Assembly: GCA_963807605.1 (NCBI GenBank)
Contig: CAWECG010000003.1
Location: forward strand, 192,001 to 256,000
Direction: 5' to 3'
Source: Candidatus Bathyarchaeota archaeon
GTDB lineage: Archaea > Thermoproteota > Bathyarchaeia > 40CM-2-53-6 > RBG-13-38-9
Length of the DNA stretch: 64,000 nt
The position numbers and the translations under genes were made by a program. The notes beneath the pieces are model-generated. The model was given only the letters and a program-made list of their open reading frames with translations. It had not been told where the DNA came from and did no database searches. Position 1 is the first letter of the stretch. Every line of letters begins with the position of its first letter. This document shows, one piece after another, positions 61,628 to 64,000 of this stretch.

Positions 61628-61910
61628 CTGTATGATCACCCCCTATTCTACCAGTGCAGCGCGCGCTCAACATCCTGCATCGTCAAGTGGGTGTAGACCC
61701 TGACCATATGTGGTCTACGTCAGCCGAATAACTTCATAAATTCTCGGTCAGTAAAGAGCTTACAATCAATCGCTCGCGTATGCCTCATCATACGGGTCAT
61801 CGTCCTCTTCTTAAGGACCTTCCGGCCCATCCGCTTGACAAGCGCGCGCTACGGAAACTAGAGAGAGACCTCTGAAACCTGAGAAATCTTCTCGAGGAGG
61901 CTACTGAATA

Positions 61911-62480
61911 CTAAGGTGGCGCAGTCACTGTGATCGTCCATTGACAATTTGCCGAGTAGATTCTCAAGAAGTATGTTCCCGGTCCATCATAGACCATTAT
62001 GTGGTCTTCACCATAGCCGTCGTACGATGCCCCATCAATGAAAGCTCCTTTGCTGGCACCTTGCGGATAGACGAAAATCTCAAGGTTTACAGCCCGGGGG
62101 TCTGCTTTCCCACTTGTATTGAATTGGATCTTCCAGTAATCAGTTGGTATCGTGAAATTTTCAGTCATCTTTTCACCCGTTCCACTGAATGAGTATTTGA
62201 CTGGGGTCGAGGGCGGAGAAGCTGTTGGGATAACAAGAGGTGAAACAGTTGGTGTTTGAGTGACTGCTGGCCCGGAGACGGTTTGGGTGACTGTCTGTAA
62301 AACTACCACTTGACCTCGGGGAGCAAAACCGACGCCTACTGCAACTCCTATGAAAAATGCGATAAAGATGATTGCTAGAAGTTTCACCGTCATCTTTGAA
62401 GTTGAGGAGTTCCTCTGTGTGGTAGCTGTTACAGATGGTGTTGGGGAATCTGTCGGTGTCTTAGCTTCAGTCATGCACAA
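61911..62480 (-). CDS. Membrane-anchored protein with Thr/Pro linker and beta-sandwich domain
   Basis: TM, VTQTV linker, FSGTG..T..F..W, GPGTYFL. Confidence 0.75.
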   Translation of the reverse strand: MCMTEAKTPTDSPTPSVTATTQRNSSTSKMTVKLLAIIFIAFFIGVAVGVGFAPRGQVVVLQTVTQTVSGPAVTQTPTVSPLVIPTASPPSTPVKYSFSGTGEKMTENFTIPTDYWKIQFNTSGKADPRAVNLEIFVYPQGASKGAFIDGASYDGYGEDHIMVYDGPGTYFLRIYSANCQWTITVTAPP

Positions 62481-62688
62481 TACCGATTAACTAACTTAAC
62501 CAATAAAGACGATTTAGGATTTGTCATATCAGCAGAAGAAGAAGTCGGCGTGAGCTAGCAGCTTCCTTTGTTAAGATTCTCTAGTTGTTTCAGCTTCGCA
62601 AGCAGGTCGGGTCTGCAGCTGCACGGTTACTCAACCCGTGGTACTCTCTATCAACCACTTTGAAGCGGTTAAGCTTCAGGATACCCTC

Positions 62689-63702
62689 TCACGTGGAACC
62701 CTGCGTTTCCTTGATTACGTGCCGGATGTCATCTGCTGATAGGAATTCGCCGGTCTGCTCGACCTGGTGCACGAGTTCCACCAAGTGAGCATTCAACGGT
62801 GTCGGCACTCCCAACCGTCGACCCAACTGCACCACTTCTCCATTCAGGTAATCTATCTCCGTCGGTCGGCCACGTCGCAAGCTTTGCAGCGTTGAGCCTA
62901 ACAGCGTCCCATAGGGATCCATCCTTCGACCCATGCCTGCGAAGAAACGCGTAGCCAACCCCTCTGGAAGCCAAGCAAGCAATCGGAACAGAGTAACTGG
63001 CATTCCTGGTAGCGATTCCAGACGAACACCAGCCCTGTCGGTGACTCGAAAGCCCTCACGCATCAGGCCCACTGCAAGCCGGCGCAAGAAGGGGTCGGCA
63101 AAAACCTGACTCACGGGGTTGTTGGTTAAAGCGGGCAGAGCGTTATTCAGGTTAGCAATGAGCTTGAGCCAATGAGCCCCGCGCATATTGTCTGATACAT
63201 GGGTGGGGACAGCCTCGTTCAAAACAGAAGCGACTCTATCAACCTGCGCGTCCCGTGGCCCCATAGGGCGACCGATAACCAATGCCCCTTCATCAAGCAG
63301 CGTCACCCTACCAGCTGTGAGATACGTAGCTGCCAGCACCACTACGCCGCTGAGGATTTGGGGTTGAGGTAGCTGCGCAGCGACAAGTTCATCGCTGCGA
63401 ACTCCGTTCTGAAGCGTCACCAGCGGTACATCACTCAGAAAGGCCAAATTATCACGCATGGCGGTCATCACATCCTGAGTCTTAACAGTCAGAAGAACGA
63501 GGTCGGGTGTAAAGTCAAGCCTTTCGGCAGCCTTTACGTGAACAGTGAATTCCCCTCGGCAACCATCTACAAATAGCCCATTCCGGGAGATAGCATCTAC
63601 ATGCGAAGCGCGGCCAATGAGGACTACCTCCTGGCCCCTTTGAGCAAGCAGAGCTCCCAGTGCGCTGCCGATAGCGCCTGCACCGATTATTGAAATCCTC
63701 AC
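62689..63702 (-). CDS. panE: Ketopantoate reductase (PanE/ApbA) family protein
   Basis: IGAGAIG, LTVK, LQNG, WLKL, GSTLQS..GRPTEIDYLNG. Confidence 0.88.
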   Translation of the reverse strand: MRISIIGAGAIGSALGALLAQRGQEVVLIGRASHVDAISRNGLFVDGCRGEFTVHVKAAERLDFTPDLVLLTVKTQDVMTAMRDNLAFLSDVPLVTLQNGVRSDELVAAQLPQPQILSGVVVLAATYLTAGRVTLLDEGALVIGRPMGPRDAQVDRVASVLNEAVPTHVSDNMRGAHWLKLIANLNNALPALTNNPVSQVFADPFLRRLAVGLMREGFRVTDRAGVRLESLPGMPVTLFRLLAWLPEGLATRFFAGMGRRMDPYGTLLGSTLQSLRRGRPTEIDYLNGEVVQLGRRLGVPTPLNAHLVELVHQVEQTGEFLSADDIRHVIKETQGST

Positions 63703-64000
63703 GATCCAGCTCCCTTCGATACGACGAAATAGAAGACCTTGCTAACTATATGAGTTCGCCACCAACCCTTGACGATGCGATTTTGCTTGCGGTGCAAGCG
63801 ACGCGCGCGTAGAATGGTTCTTCAAGACAGGAGAAGAAAGAGAGCCAGAACTTAAGATCAAGCGCGCGCTAAGTTTTCTATCCTCCTAACACTTTCTTCG
63901 ATTGACGCTAAGCGTCAGTCATCGGGCCTAGCAAGACGTCAGATTCTGTTGGTGTTGTGTGTGCTCACCAGCTATGGCGCACACACAAAAAATCTAACGA

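Larger units (their letters stand above)
56037..63870. repeat. Dense dispersed set of AGCGCGCGCT palindromes
   Basis: Perfect copies at 56038, 56589, 57113, 60662, 61270, 61658, 61841, 63861; variants at 56060, 57225, 61418, 61460, 63801. Confidence 0.92.

Noticed and set aside
56037-63870. CRISPR array or tandem repeat interpretation of the palindromes
   Set aside because: The repeat is only 10 bp, spacing is irregular (tens of bp to 3.4 kb) with genes in between, and there are no cas genes.

Overview
Archaeal genomic DNA. The gene repertoire (PolB2 operon, CbiS/CobY corrinoid salvage, aKMT-like methyltransferase, DUF4443, GGTGA Shine-Dalgarno sites, frequent TTG/GTG/CTG starts) suggests a TACK archaeon, plausibly Bathyarchaeia; this is inference only. 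Layout: (1) 0-17 kb accessory region with tatA, an FAD oxidoreductase, a VWA surface protein, frameshifted prpD/ALS/rubredoxin genes and a SoxM-like aerobic respiration cluster (CuA subunit II, fused I+III, IV, heme O synthase, Rieske, cytochrome b) carrying several non-canonical ligand substitutions. (2) 17-45 kb mostly housekeeping block: GT4-HAD-GpgS, Lrp/glnA/hisC-like, nrdJ, a corrinoid salvage operon headed by an ApgM-like gene, btuCD, MFS, ThiF/MoeB, radical SAM, CDF, aminopeptidase. (3) 47-52 kb PolB2 operon with a divergent DUF72 gene. (4) 52-64 kb patchwork of small unrelated genes, an IS with TIRs and TSD, an ABC-2 exporter and a PanE-like gene. The most striking unexplained signal is the alternating purine-pyrimidine palindrome AGCGCGCGCT: 10 perfect copies plus variants, none inside a supported gene. 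The copies bracket individual genes and operons like cassette boundaries in the accessory regions and were not seen in the housekeeping block. Also present are a candidate structured ncRNA at ~27.7-27.9 kb and six homopolymer-associated frameshifts that may be assembly errors. No rRNA, tRNA or CRISPR array was recognised.
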